The notes under the pieces were generated by a model that worked only from the letters and a program-made list of their open reading frames with translations, was not told the origin of the DNA and searched no databases. From Acidobacteriota bacterium (GTDB taxonomy: Bacteria; Acidobacteriota; Vicinamibacteria; Vicinamibacterales; UBA2999), in NCBI GenBank assembly GCA_016192845.1, contig JACPTI010000030.1, positions 1,281 to 65,280 of the forward strand: a stretch of DNA of 64,000 nt, read 5' to 3'. Below, one piece after another: positions 56,100 to 64,000 of the stretch (positions within the stretch are counted from its first letter, which is position 1; the number at the start of each line of letters is the position of its first letter). The position numbers and the translations under genes were made by a program.

Positions 56100-56585
56100 A
56101 TGAAGGTTCGGAACATCATGACCGAGCCCGTTCTGACGTGCACGCCGCAAACGTCCCTGGCCGTTGCCGCGCGTCTCATGCGAGAAGCGGACTACGGCAC
56201 GCTGCCCGTCGTCGACACCGCGGGGCGACTGGTCGGCATCCTCACGGACCGTGATGTATGCCTGGCGCTGGCCGGCACCAGGCGGAACGCCGTGAACATC
56301 GCGGTGCGCGAGGCGATGACGGCCACGGTCTTCTCTGCCCTGGTCGATGACGATGTCCGCAGCGCGCTGGCGGTGATGAAACGCCACCGGGTCCGCCGCC
56401 TGCCGGTGCTCGATACGTCGGGGAACCTCAAAGGGATGCTCTCGATCGAGGACCTGGTCGTGCGCGGCCTCACCGGCGACGGGATCGGCGCAGAGGAGAT
56501 CGTCGACGCCTTGCGGGCGATGTACGTGCGCGTGCCCGTCGTAGCGGAACCGACTCCGGCACCGAACGACTTCACGCCGGGCTGA
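56100..56585 (+). CDS. CBS-domain pair protein
   Basis: VRNIMTEPVLTC...LPVVD..GRLVGILTDRD, and ...AMT..V.....DD....A...M..H.VRRLPVLD..GNL.GMLSIEDL. Confidence 0.85.
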   Translation: MKVRNIMTEPVLTCTPQTSLAVAARLMREADYGTLPVVDTAGRLVGILTDRDVCLALAGTRRNAVNIAVREAMTATVFSALVDDDVRSALAVMKRHRVRRLPVLDTSGNLKGMLSIEDLVVRGLTGDGIGAEEIVDALRAMYVRVPVVAEPTPAPNDFTPG

Positions 56586-58368
56586 TCCCGAGGCGATCTC
56601 CTGAGCACGCCACCGGACCGGCCGCGCATTCCGGGCACTGCGCGACGTCGGCTTCTGCCGGCCCGAAGATCTGGCCGGCGCGTGTGCCCTGCCGGTACAC
56701 GGTGACGCCCTTGCAGCCAAGCGTCCACGCCAACTGGTAGGCGGTTCGAACCGCGTCCGGCGCCGCCGATGCCGGGAGGTTGACGGTCTTCGAGACACCG
56801 TTGTCGACCCGCTGCTGAAAGGCCGCCTGCACTCTGACGTGCCAGGCGGGATCGATCTCGAGGGCGGTCGGAAACAGCGTCCGGAGACGCGAGGGCAGCG
56901 ACGCGTCATCGCGCACGGTGCCGCTGGCCAGGATGTGTCGTTGCAACGCCGCGTCCCAGACGCTCAGTGCCTGCGCTTCCCGTACCAGCCGCGGGTTGAG
57001 CACACGAAACGTGCGCTCGTCGAGCATGCGCCGGGTGTAGGCGAGCGCGTAGTACGGCTCGATCGAGTGCGAGCATCCCGCCAGCAGTGCCAGGCTGCCC
57101 GTCGGCGCGATTGCCGTACGGGTGGCGTTCCGGACGGCGGGTCCGCCCGCCGCGGCGTCGCGGCTGCCCGCACTGGCGGAGAAGGGACCGCGTTCCCGCG
57201 CAAGCTGGCGCGACGCGAGGGTTGCGCACGTCTCGACCACGGCCATGATGTCCGCGGCGACGTCCAGCGCGCGATCGCTGTCGTAGGCGGTCCCGAGCTC
57301 GACGAGGCAGTCGGCGAACCCCATCACCCCGACGCCGATCTTGCGCGTCCTGGCGACGGCGCGCGCGATCGCGGGAATCGGGAAGCGGCTGGCGTCGATG
57401 CAGTCGTCGAGGAAGCGCACGGCGAGGTCGACCAGCTCTCCCAGCCGCGTCGAGTCGAGACGACCGCCGCGGGTCAGCCGCGCGAGATTGATCGAGCCGA
57501 GAAAACAGGCTTCGTAGGTGAGCAACGGCACCTCGCCGCACGGGTTCGTCGCCGTGATGCGGCCCAGGGCTGGGGTCGGATTGTCCCGATTGATGCGGTC
57601 GACGAACAGCAGACCCGGATCACCTGTGGCCCAGGCGCACTCCACAATCAGGTCGAGCAGCGAGGCGGCGCTGCGCGTCGCCGCCGTCTGACCCGTGCGA
57701 GGATTGACGAGCGGGAGGTCGCCACCCCGTCCTGCCGCGGCCATGAACGTGTCGTCGCAGGCGACGCTGAGGTTGAACGTGTGGAGCCCGGGCGAATCAC
57801 GCTTCGCCCGAACGAACGCCTCGATGTCCGGGTGGTGCACGTCCATGACGGCCATGTTGGCCGCCCGGCGGCGCCCGCCCGACCTGACCGCTTCGGACGC
57901 CGCATCGAAGACGTGCAGGAAGGAGACGGGGCCGCTGGAGACGCCGCCAGTAGACGCCAAGGGATCGCCGGCGGGACGCAAGCGCGAGAAGTCGAAGCCG
58001 ACGCCGCCGCCGGACCGATGGACGAGCGCGGCGTCGCGCATCGCGGCAAAGATGCTCTCCAGGTCGTCTTCAACGGGAAGGACGAAGCACGCCGCGAGCT
58101 GCCCCACGGGCGTGCCGGCGTTCATCAACGTCGGAGAGTTCGGCAGGAACTCGAGCGAGCGCATGGCGTGTTCGAAGCGTTGCTCCCATCCGCGGGCGTC
58201 TCCGCCGTATCGCGCCTCCACGGCCGCAACGTGAGTGGCCACCCGACGAAACATGTCGTCCGGCGTTTCCACGACGCGACCGTCGGCGTCCTTACGGAGA
58301 TAGCGGGCGCGTAGCAATTCCAGCGCTGCCGTGTCGAACGCCGGCGAAAGAGTGGTTGGATCCGGCAT
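56572..58368 (-). CDS. nrdJ: adenosylcobalamin-dependent (class II) ribonucleotide reductase
   Basis: FLPNSPTLMNAG, LAACFVL, SGGGVGFDFSRLRP, GGRRRAANMAVM, ATNPCGEVPL and a C-terminal CPEC...C redox tail. GAGGAAGG upstream of the ATG. Confidence 0.9.
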   Translation of the reverse strand: MPDPTTLSPAFDTAALELLRARYLRKDADGRVVETPDDMFRRVATHVAAVEARYGGDARGWEQRFEHAMRSLEFLPNSPTLMNAGTPVGQLAACFVLPVEDDLESIFAAMRDAALVHRSGGGVGFDFSRLRPAGDPLASTGGVSSGPVSFLHVFDAASEAVRSGGRRRAANMAVMDVHHPDIEAFVRAKRDSPGLHTFNLSVACDDTFMAAAGRGGDLPLVNPRTGQTAATRSAASLLDLIVECAWATGDPGLLFVDRINRDNPTPALGRITATNPCGEVPLLTYEACFLGSINLARLTRGGRLDSTRLGELVDLAVRFLDDCIDASRFPIPAIARAVARTRKIGVGVMGFADCLVELGTAYDSDRALDVAADIMAVVETCATLASRQLARERGPFSASAGSRDAAAGGPAVRNATRTAIAPTGSLALLAGCSHSIEPYYALAYTRRMLDERTFRVLNPRLVREAQALSVWDAALQRHILASGTVRDDASLPSRLRTLFPTALEIDPAWHVRVQAAFQQRVDNGVSKTVNLPASAAPDAVRTAYQLAWTLGCKGVTVYRQGTRAGQIFGPAEADVAQCPECAAGPVACSGDRLGISPA

Positions 58369-58521
58369 GCCTTCCTCAATGGCCGCAGATGCAAGTCATC
58401 AGCCGTCAACGCGTGCGAGTGCGGACTTTTTCGATGACCGCCGAAATTACCGGGCGTTGAGTCCCCAGTGAGCTGGAACCTGGGTTGCACAATAGACGAG
58501 CGGACCCGGAAGGAGGGAGTG

Positions 58522-58620
58522 ATGGCCGCTATACAGACGCTGGGGTGGTCCATCTGGACCATCGTGTTCATCGTCGTTGTGTTGATTCTCGTTCTGGGGA
58601 TGCTCTACGTGGCGTACTAG
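58522..58620 (+). CDS. 32-aa hydrophobic micro-protein (not in ORF track)
   Basis: GGAAGGAGGGAG upstream, with ATG 58522 two nt after it. MAAIQTLGWSIWTIVFIVVVLILVLGMLYVAY-TAG has a single TM segment. It lies 28 nt upstream of CDS 58649. Confidence 0.5.
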   Translation: MAAIQTLGWSIWTIVFIVVVLILVLGMLYVAY

Positions 58621-58648
58621 CGTCCCCGCGGGTGCGAAGGGGCCGACC

Positions 58649-59740
58649 GTGCGCCGCTGCTGGGTGTCGCCTCTCGCCGGTGCGATATGCGTGGCTGGAG
58701 CCGCACATCTCTCCGGCCCCGCCGGCGGGGATGCGTTCGCCTTCTTTCGACCGTGGATTGTGGTCTCGCAGGAGGACCTCGAGCGCGTGGACGCGCGTGA
58801 GGTTGTGGTGCGGACGCTGCCCGGCGGGAACGGCCAGCTTGCTGTCCTCGGGCTGGCGCGCGTGAGCGCACCGCCCGAGAGGCTCGTGGCGTGGACGCAT
58901 GCCATTGCCGACCTGAAACGCGGTCCGTTCGTGCTCGCCATCGGGAGGTTTTCGGACCCTCCGGTGCTGGAAGACCTCGACGGCGTGTACCTGGACGACC
59001 GGGACCTCGACGCGGTCCGCACATGTCGGTCCGGGGACTGCGCGCTGAAGCTGGGCGAAGCCGAGATCGCGTCGCTCAGACGCGCCGTGGGCCGGGCGGG
59101 CGCCGGGTGGCAGGCAGCCGTGCAACGCGAGTTCCGCCGCATCCTGCTGGCGCGCGTCGAGCTGTATCAGTCGCTGGGATTAACCGCGCTGCCCCCGTAC
59201 GCCGACGCACGGGACCCTGTACGCCCGCAGGAAGCATTTGCGGCGATCCTCGCGAGCTCTCCCTACCTCGTCCAGCACTTGCCGGATCTGGCTGCACAGC
59301 TCGAGTCGTACCCGCAGGTACGCAGTCCCGGGGTGGAATCGTTCTTCTACTGGTCCAAGGAGGTGTACAACGCCGCAAAGCCGGTTGTCACCGTGACGCA
59401 CGTGCACATCCTCCGTTCGGCCGATCGCGCTGGCGCGCCGCTGGTCACGGTCGCGGGGAAGCAGATCTTCGCCAGCCACTACATGAACGGAGCCTTGGGC
59501 CTCACCGTGCTGATGCGCGGTTCGGCAGACGGGGCGCACTATCTCGTGTACCTGAACCGGTCACAACTCGATATGGTCGGCGGATTCTTCGGCTTTCTGA
59601 AGCGGCCGGTTCTGGAGGGACGCATCCGGCGCGATACGCCCGGCATTCTCCATGCCGTGCGGAGCAGGCTGGAGGGTGCTGCGCCGCCGAAAAGTCCGCC
59701 CGGATCGGGAAAAGATTCAAGCCACGCAGCGGTCGAGTAG
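58649..59740 (+). CDS. conserved hypothetical protein (paralog of 20162-21199)
   Basis: 363 aa. See the shared motifs listed for 20162-21199. Confidence 0.7.
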   Translation: MRRCWVSPLAGAICVAGAAHLSGPAGGDAFAFFRPWIVVSQEDLERVDAREVVVRTLPGGNGQLAVLGLARVSAPPERLVAWTHAIADLKRGPFVLAIGRFSDPPVLEDLDGVYLDDRDLDAVRTCRSGDCALKLGEAEIASLRRAVGRAGAGWQAAVQREFRRILLARVELYQSLGLTALPPYADARDPVRPQEAFAAILASSPYLVQHLPDLAAQLESYPQVRSPGVESFFYWSKEVYNAAKPVVTVTHVHILRSADRAGAPLVTVAGKQIFASHYMNGALGLTVLMRGSADGAHYLVYLNRSQLDMVGGFFGFLKRPVLEGRIRRDTPGILHAVRSRLEGAAPPKSPPGSGKDSSHAAVE

Positions 59741-59831
59741 CGAGCCCGAGCACCAGAGGGCATCAGGATGGGGTCCGCAGCGCCAGGCCCGTGGCGCGGT
59801 ACTTGCGGCCGTACCAGGCGGGTGAGAGCAA

Positions 59832-60464
59832 ATGGCATTCAAGAATCGCGACGAGACAGCGCGGCTGCTGGCGGCGCAGCTTCTGGCGTACAAGGGCCAG
59901 TATCCGCTGGTGCTCGGCGTTCCCCGCGGTGGCGTGCCAATGGCCCGAATCATCGCCGACGCCCTGGAGGGCGAGGTCGACGTCGTGCTCGTTCGCAAGC
60001 TGCGGGCGCCGGATCAGCCCGAGCTGGCGATCGGGGCGGTGGACGAGGCCGGAACCGTGGTGGAGGGTCCGTACTTCCACATCGCCGACGATGAATACGT
60101 ACAGCAGGAGGTCCGAGCCCAGCTGAAGATCATCCGAGCGCGCCGTCAGCGATACACCCGCGCCCAGACGGGCGTCGATCCCGCCGGACGGATCGTCATC
60201 ATCGTCGACGACGGGATCGCCACCGGCGCGTCCATGCTGGCGGCGATTCGCGCGGTGCGGGCGCGGAAGCCACGGAAGATCGTCGTCGCGATTGGCGTCG
60301 CGCCGCCGGACTCGCTCGCCAGCATCGGGGGCGAAGCCGACGATGTCGTGTGCCTGCTGACGTCGGAGATGTTCTTTGCAGTTGGGCAGTTCTTCGAGGA
60401 CTTCTCGGAGGTGACCGACGAGATGGTCGAGGCGGCGCTGAGTCATCCGGCGCGCGCGGCCTAA
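59832..60464 (+). CDS. phosphoribosyltransferase family protein
   Basis: LVLGVPRGGVPMA and the PRPP loop IVIIVDDGIATGASM. Confidence 0.85.
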   Translation: MAFKNRDETARLLAAQLLAYKGQYPLVLGVPRGGVPMARIIADALEGEVDVVLVRKLRAPDQPELAIGAVDEAGTVVEGPYFHIADDEYVQQEVRAQLKIIRARRQRYTRAQTGVDPAGRIVIIVDDGIATGASMLAAIRAVRARKPRKIVVAIGVAPPDSLASIGGEADDVVCLLTSEMFFAVGQFFEDFSEVTDEMVEAALSHPARAA

Positions 60465-61276
60465 GGCGCGCCGCTATGCGCGCCCGGCGTGACCGGGGGG
60501 CGGCCTTGCGGCACATCGATCCCGTGAGCCAACTGCTCGGGCGAGCGCCACGGCGGGGGCGCATCGAATGCGTACTGGCCGACGATGAGGAGTGGCGTGC
60601 CCTGCGCGAGGATCTGGCCCTTGCGACCGAGCACCCACTCGTCGCCCCACTCGTGGATCCAGATGGCATCGCGCGCGAGCAGGCGGATGCACGCGCGCGA
60701 AGCAGGATAGCCGGGGAGCACGTAGGCGTGCAGCGCCAGCCCCCGCGCGTTGTCGAAGTTGAAGTACCACTCCATGTACCACTCCGGGTTCACCGTGCTG
60801 TGCCGGCCGCGTGAGCGCCAGTTGAGATGGAACCATCCGCTTGGCGTCGGATGCGCCCGGCGTCCCGAGCTGACAGGCCCCCACCGGACGAGCTGCCCGT
60901 CCTCATAGGCGGCAAACGCCTGCCCCGGCAGATCGACGACAAGCAGCTTGGGAAGATGCGCATCCGCGGCATAGACGAGCGGGAAGGGGCTGTACTGCAG
61001 TTCGTCGTCGTACCACGCCGATGGAACGACGAGGGAGTCCTGCCGGTGCAGGTGCGCCGCATCCGCCCGATTGAGCTTCTCGAGAATCGCGCGCTGCGGG
61101 GCGGTGAACCGCGCACCGAGATCGCGCGCTGTCTCGACGCGCCGCTCGATTCGGTACTCGGCTCGAGCGCCGGGGCGGTACTCCGTTTCGGCGACTGCCT
61201 GCGCGGGGACGTGCGCCGGCAGCACGATCACCGACAGGACGACCGGGCCGACTGGCACAAGCCTGAGGAGCTCCAT
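60461..61276 (-). CDS. L,D-transpeptidase (YkuD) family protein
   Basis: Signal peptide. ...PTPSGWFHL... and GLALHAYVLPGYPASRACIRL (catalytic H...C(I/V)R). Confidence 0.8.
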   Translation of the reverse strand: MELLRLVPVGPVVLSVIVLPAHVPAQAVAETEYRPGARAEYRIERRVETARDLGARFTAPQRAILEKLNRADAAHLHRQDSLVVPSAWYDDELQYSPFPLVYAADAHLPKLLVVDLPGQAFAAYEDGQLVRWGPVSSGRRAHPTPSGWFHLNWRSRGRHSTVNPEWYMEWYFNFDNARGLALHAYVLPGYPASRACIRLLARDAIWIHEWGDEWVLGRKGQILAQGTPLLIVGQYAFDAPPPWRSPEQLAHGIDVPQGRPPVTPGAHSGAP

Positions 61277-61523
61277 GCACTTCTATCGCCGCCAGGAATG
61301 CACCAGCCGGCAAGTGCCGAGCGCGAAGACCGGGAATGTGGTGCGCGGAAGATTCCGATTCCCTCGTCGACAATTCCGCACATCGCTCTTGGGCGGCCGA
61401 TGCGAAAACGCTGGAGCCGTTGATTCCGCGCCGGTCGCAAAGGAACGGCCGTTGCTGATTGTTGGTCCGAGGGAGTGTGAGCGTGGGCCGATGCTCGTGC
61501 TCCCCGTCACAAGGAGGCGTGCC

Positions 61524-62054
61524 ATGGCACCCAGGAAAGGAAGCGAGCTTGTTCCCAGCCGTCTCTTCCGTGAGCCGTTTGCGGCGATGCGGGAGCTGCG
61601 GTCGGAGTTCGACCGGATGTTCGACGAGTTCGGCTTGCCGTCGCTCCGTTGGCCGACGTTCGGCAGGCTCCGGACCGCGGAGGAGGCGTGGTTCCCGGAG
61701 ATCGACGTGTTCGAGAAGGACAACTGGCTTGTCACGAAGATCGATTTGCCCGGCATGAAGAAGGAAGACGTCAACGTCGAGGTGATCGACGGCCAGCTCG
61801 CCATCTCCGGTGAGCGGAAGCGCGAGGCCGAGGAGAAGGGCGAGGAGTTCTACCGGTGCGAGCGGGAGTACGGGAGCTTCTATCGGACCGTGCCGCTGCC
61901 GGAGGGCGCGAAGATCGAGGACGTCAAGGCAACGTTTGCCGACGGCGTGCTCGAAGTGAGCGTGCCGCTGCCGGCCCGGGCGGAGACGAAGGCGCGGACG
62001 ATCGAAATCAAGGAGGCCGCGAAAGCCGCAAAGATCGAGAAGACCGCGGCGTAG
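61524..62054 (+). CDS. Hsp20/alpha-crystallin small heat-shock protein
   Basis: AAGGAGG upstream of ATG 61524. FPEIDVFEKDNWLVTKIDLPGMKKEDVNVEV.DG.L.ISGERK...ERE.G.F.R...LPEG......KA.F.DGVLEV.VP. Confidence 0.9.
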   Translation: MAPRKGSELVPSRLFREPFAAMRELRSEFDRMFDEFGLPSLRWPTFGRLRTAEEAWFPEIDVFEKDNWLVTKIDLPGMKKEDVNVEVIDGQLAISGERKREAEEKGEEFYRCEREYGSFYRTVPLPEGAKIEDVKATFADGVLEVSVPLPARAETKARTIEIKEAAKAAKIEKTAA

Positions 62055-62071
62055 CGCGCAGAGGAGGAGTC

Positions 62072-62722
62072 ATGACGAAGGCGGTCCTCGCCGTCGCCGG
62101 CTTTGGCCTGGGAGCCGGGGTCATGTACCTGGCAGATCCTGACCAGGGCAGGCGTCGGCGTGCGCGCCTGGGTGACGCGACGCGGCACGCCGCGCATCTC
62201 GTGAAGAGAGCGGCAGGCATGACGTCGCGCGATGTGCAGCACCGGCTGAGCGGACTTGCAGCCAGGATGCTGGATCAGCTAATCGAAGAGCCGCCGCCGA
62301 TCGACGATGTGCTCGCGGCGCGGGTGCGCGCGCGGCTCGGCCGGCTCGTCTCCCATCCGGGCGCGATCGAGGTGGCCGTGCGCGACGGCGTCGTCACCCT
62401 GAGCGGGCCGATCTTCGAGACGGAGGTCGAGCAGCTCGTGAAAGGCGTGGAAGCGGTGGCCGGCGTCACGGAGGTTGAGAACCGGCTGCAGCCCCACCGG
62501 GAGGCGACTCACGTCCCGGCACTGCAGGGGCCCGGTCCACGGAAGATCGCCCGGGTGCCGTCGAGCTGGGCGCGGTGGAGTCCGACCGCTCGCCTCGTCG
62601 CGGGCGCGGCGGGTCTTGCGCTGCTGGCGCTTTCGTCGGCGAATCGTCCGGTCCGCGGCGCTGCCACGGGAATCGCGGGCGTCGAGCTGCTCGAGCGCGC
62701 CTTGCTCGGGACGCGCGGCTGA
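62072..62722 (+). CDS. BON-domain membrane protein
   Basis: GAGGAGG upstream. N-terminal TM segment with a YtxH-like stretch. The BON core is IEVAVRDGVVTLSGPIFETEVEQLVKGVEAVAGVTEVENRL. Confidence 0.75.
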   Translation: MTKAVLAVAGFGLGAGVMYLADPDQGRRRRARLGDATRHAAHLVKRAAGMTSRDVQHRLSGLAARMLDQLIEEPPPIDDVLAARVRARLGRLVSHPGAIEVAVRDGVVTLSGPIFETEVEQLVKGVEAVAGVTEVENRLQPHREATHVPALQGPGPRKIARVPSSWARWSPTARLVAGAAGLALLALSSANRPVRGAATGIAGVELLERALLGTRG

Positions 62723-62734
62723 AGGAGGCGGCCC

Positions 62735-64000
62735 TCATCGGGCGATCGCCTGGATCCGTTCGGCGATCCGGTCCAGCGCGGCATCCGCCACGCGCTCCAG
62801 GCTGCGTGACGCGTCGATTCGCGCCCAGTCGAGCGGCATTGTCGCGCGCGCGTACTGCCGGCGAAGCACGGCTCCGGTCGCATCGGACGCGTCGCCGCGT
62901 CGCGCCGCCAAGCGCGCTTCCATGACGCCGAGCGGCGCATCGAGCCACAGGCCGACGAACGGAATGCCTTCAGCGGCCGCGGCATCGCGGATTGCCCGGC
63001 GCCATGCGTCGGTGGGAAAGACCGCATCGACGATCGCCACGTGCCTGGCACGCGCGACCTCGCGTGCCGACCGGGTTAGCTCGCCGTATACCGCGGCATT
63101 GACGGGCGCGTTGTAGGCGCTATCGGGGAGGTGCTCGGTTGGCTCCACGCCGAAGCGGCGCTTCCGCACGACATCGCTCCGCAGCACCACCGCGCCCGGC
63201 GGCCGCCCGATCGCCGGCGCAAGGCGACGGGCGAGTGCCGATTTCCCCGATCCGGAAAGGCCTCCGATGGCGACCATCGCGCCCGCGCCCGGCGACATCA
63301 GCGCGAGCGCGCGATCCAGGTACGCGGCCGCGTCACGCTGCAGGCGGGCGATCTGCGCGGGCGCCTGATTCGTCGCGGCGGCGGTAATCGACACCTTGGC
63401 CCGAATGGCCGCCCGGCACGAGAGAAACAACGGAAGCAGCGGGAGCGCCTCGTACTGCGGCAGCCGCTCCAGCCACGCGTTGAGTGCCGCGTTCGCCTGC
63501 GCGGGGAGGCTGCGGTGCAGCAGGTCCATGACCAGGAAGGCCACGTCGTACAACACGTCGATGCACGACAGCTCGTCGTTGAATTCGATGCAGTCGAACA
63601 GCACCGGCCGATCGCCCGCGAGGAAGACGTTGCCGAGGTGCAGGTCGCCGTGGCACTCGCGGACCCAGCCGCGCGCCCGGCGCGCGTCGAGGAGATCGCC
63701 GTGCCGCGTCAAGGCCTGCAGCAAGGCTTCGTGGAGCCGTGCGCGTGCCGGCTGCGCGACGAGGGCACCAGCGGCGGACAGTTCGGCATCGTTCTCCTCG
63801 ACGACCCACTGCATCGCGGACCGCCCGCCGTGGTCGCGCCTCGGTGCGGCGGCAACGTGGAGCGCCGCTGCGGCCGCGCCGATCCCGGCCGCCATCTCGA
63901 CGTCGAGTTCACCGCGGCTCGCGACGGCATCGAGGAGCCGATCCTGCTCGAACCGGCGCATCTCGACCAGCCATTCGACCGGCGTGCCCGTGCCGCCGAT
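62735..64000 (-). CDS. bifunctional aminoglycoside-phosphotransferase-like / P-loop kinase protein (5' end outside window)
   Basis: APH-type HGDLHLGNVF...DCIEF, and a C-terminal P-loop GGLSGSGKSALA. The frame stays open to the window edge. Confidence 0.75.
   Translation of the reverse strand: MGGTGTPVEWLVEMRRFEQDRLLDAVASRGELDVEMAAGIGAAAAALHVAAAPRRDHGGRSAMQWVVEENDAELSAAGALVAQPARARLHEALLQALTRHGDLLDARRARGWVRECHGDLHLGNVFLAGDRPVLFDCIEFNDELSCIDVLYDVAFLVMDLLHRSLPAQANAALNAWLERLPQYEALPLLPLFLSCRAAIRAKVSITAAATNQAPAQIARLQRDAAAYLDRALALMSPGAGAMVAIGGLSGSGKSALARRLAPAIGRPPGAVVLRSDVVRKRRFGVEPTEHLPDSAYNAPVNAAVYGELTRSAREVARARHVAIVDAVFPTDAWRRAIRDAAAAEGIPFVGLWLDAPLGVMEARLAARRGDASDATGAVLRRQYARATMPLDWARIDASRSLERVADAALDRIAERIQAIAR

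Noticed and set aside
58369-58521. Looked for NrdR boxes or a riboswitch upstream of nrdJ.
   Set aside because: Only a weak CTATTGTG half-match was found, and no paired NrdR boxes. The SD sequence (GAGGAAGG) and a TTGACG -35-like hexamer are present, but nothing supports a specific regulatory call.

Overview
High-GC (by eye about 68-70%) bacterial chromosomal window. Gene content suggests Acidobacteriota or a related phylum (inference): a carboxypeptidase-regulatory-domain TonB-dependent receptor, a peptidase/PD40/Omp85 fusion, and many small beta-barrel OMPs. Coding density is high, and most long alternative-frame ORFs in the track are GC artefacts. Backbone genes include uvrC, a CDP-alcohol phosphatidyltransferase, a PAS histidine kinase with a receiver protein, TonB, and an ABC/FtsX/HlyD efflux set. 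They also include an orphan divergent groEL, a USP-sigma70 pair, an OTC/carbamate kinase/ornithine aminotransferase/GTPase cluster, a LonC-like protease, GDH, class II RNR (nrdJ), and many stress-type genes (Hsp20 x2, BON, CBS, YtxH, OsmC x2, hemerythrin). The most interesting region is a ~5.4 kb lower-GC island (about 1434-6869). It is bounded by 82-bp direct repeats that duplicate the 3' end of the phosphatidyltransferase gene and has no recognisable integrase. It carries a 425-aa protein with a C-terminal HEPN-like Rx4H motif, a 778-aa Mrr-like nuclease fused to a P-loop/STAND-like NTPase with a long helical tail, and a hicAB toxin-antitoxin pair. This is a candidate undescribed anti-phage/conflict module. 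Other notable signals are listed below. (1) Two hairpin elements built from inverted heptamer arrays, one inserted in-frame in uvrC and one in the groEL leader. (2) A ~96-nt three-way-junction RNA-like element upstream of a CBS gene. (3) A three-gene operon containing an archaeo-eukaryotic-primase-like protein. (4) A secreted paralog family with possible N-terminal His-brace proteins next to the TonB receptor. (5) An unusually high number of truncated gene fragments and one frameshifted gene. No rRNA, tRNA, CRISPR array or transposase was recognised. All family assignments are from motif reading only; no searches were run.
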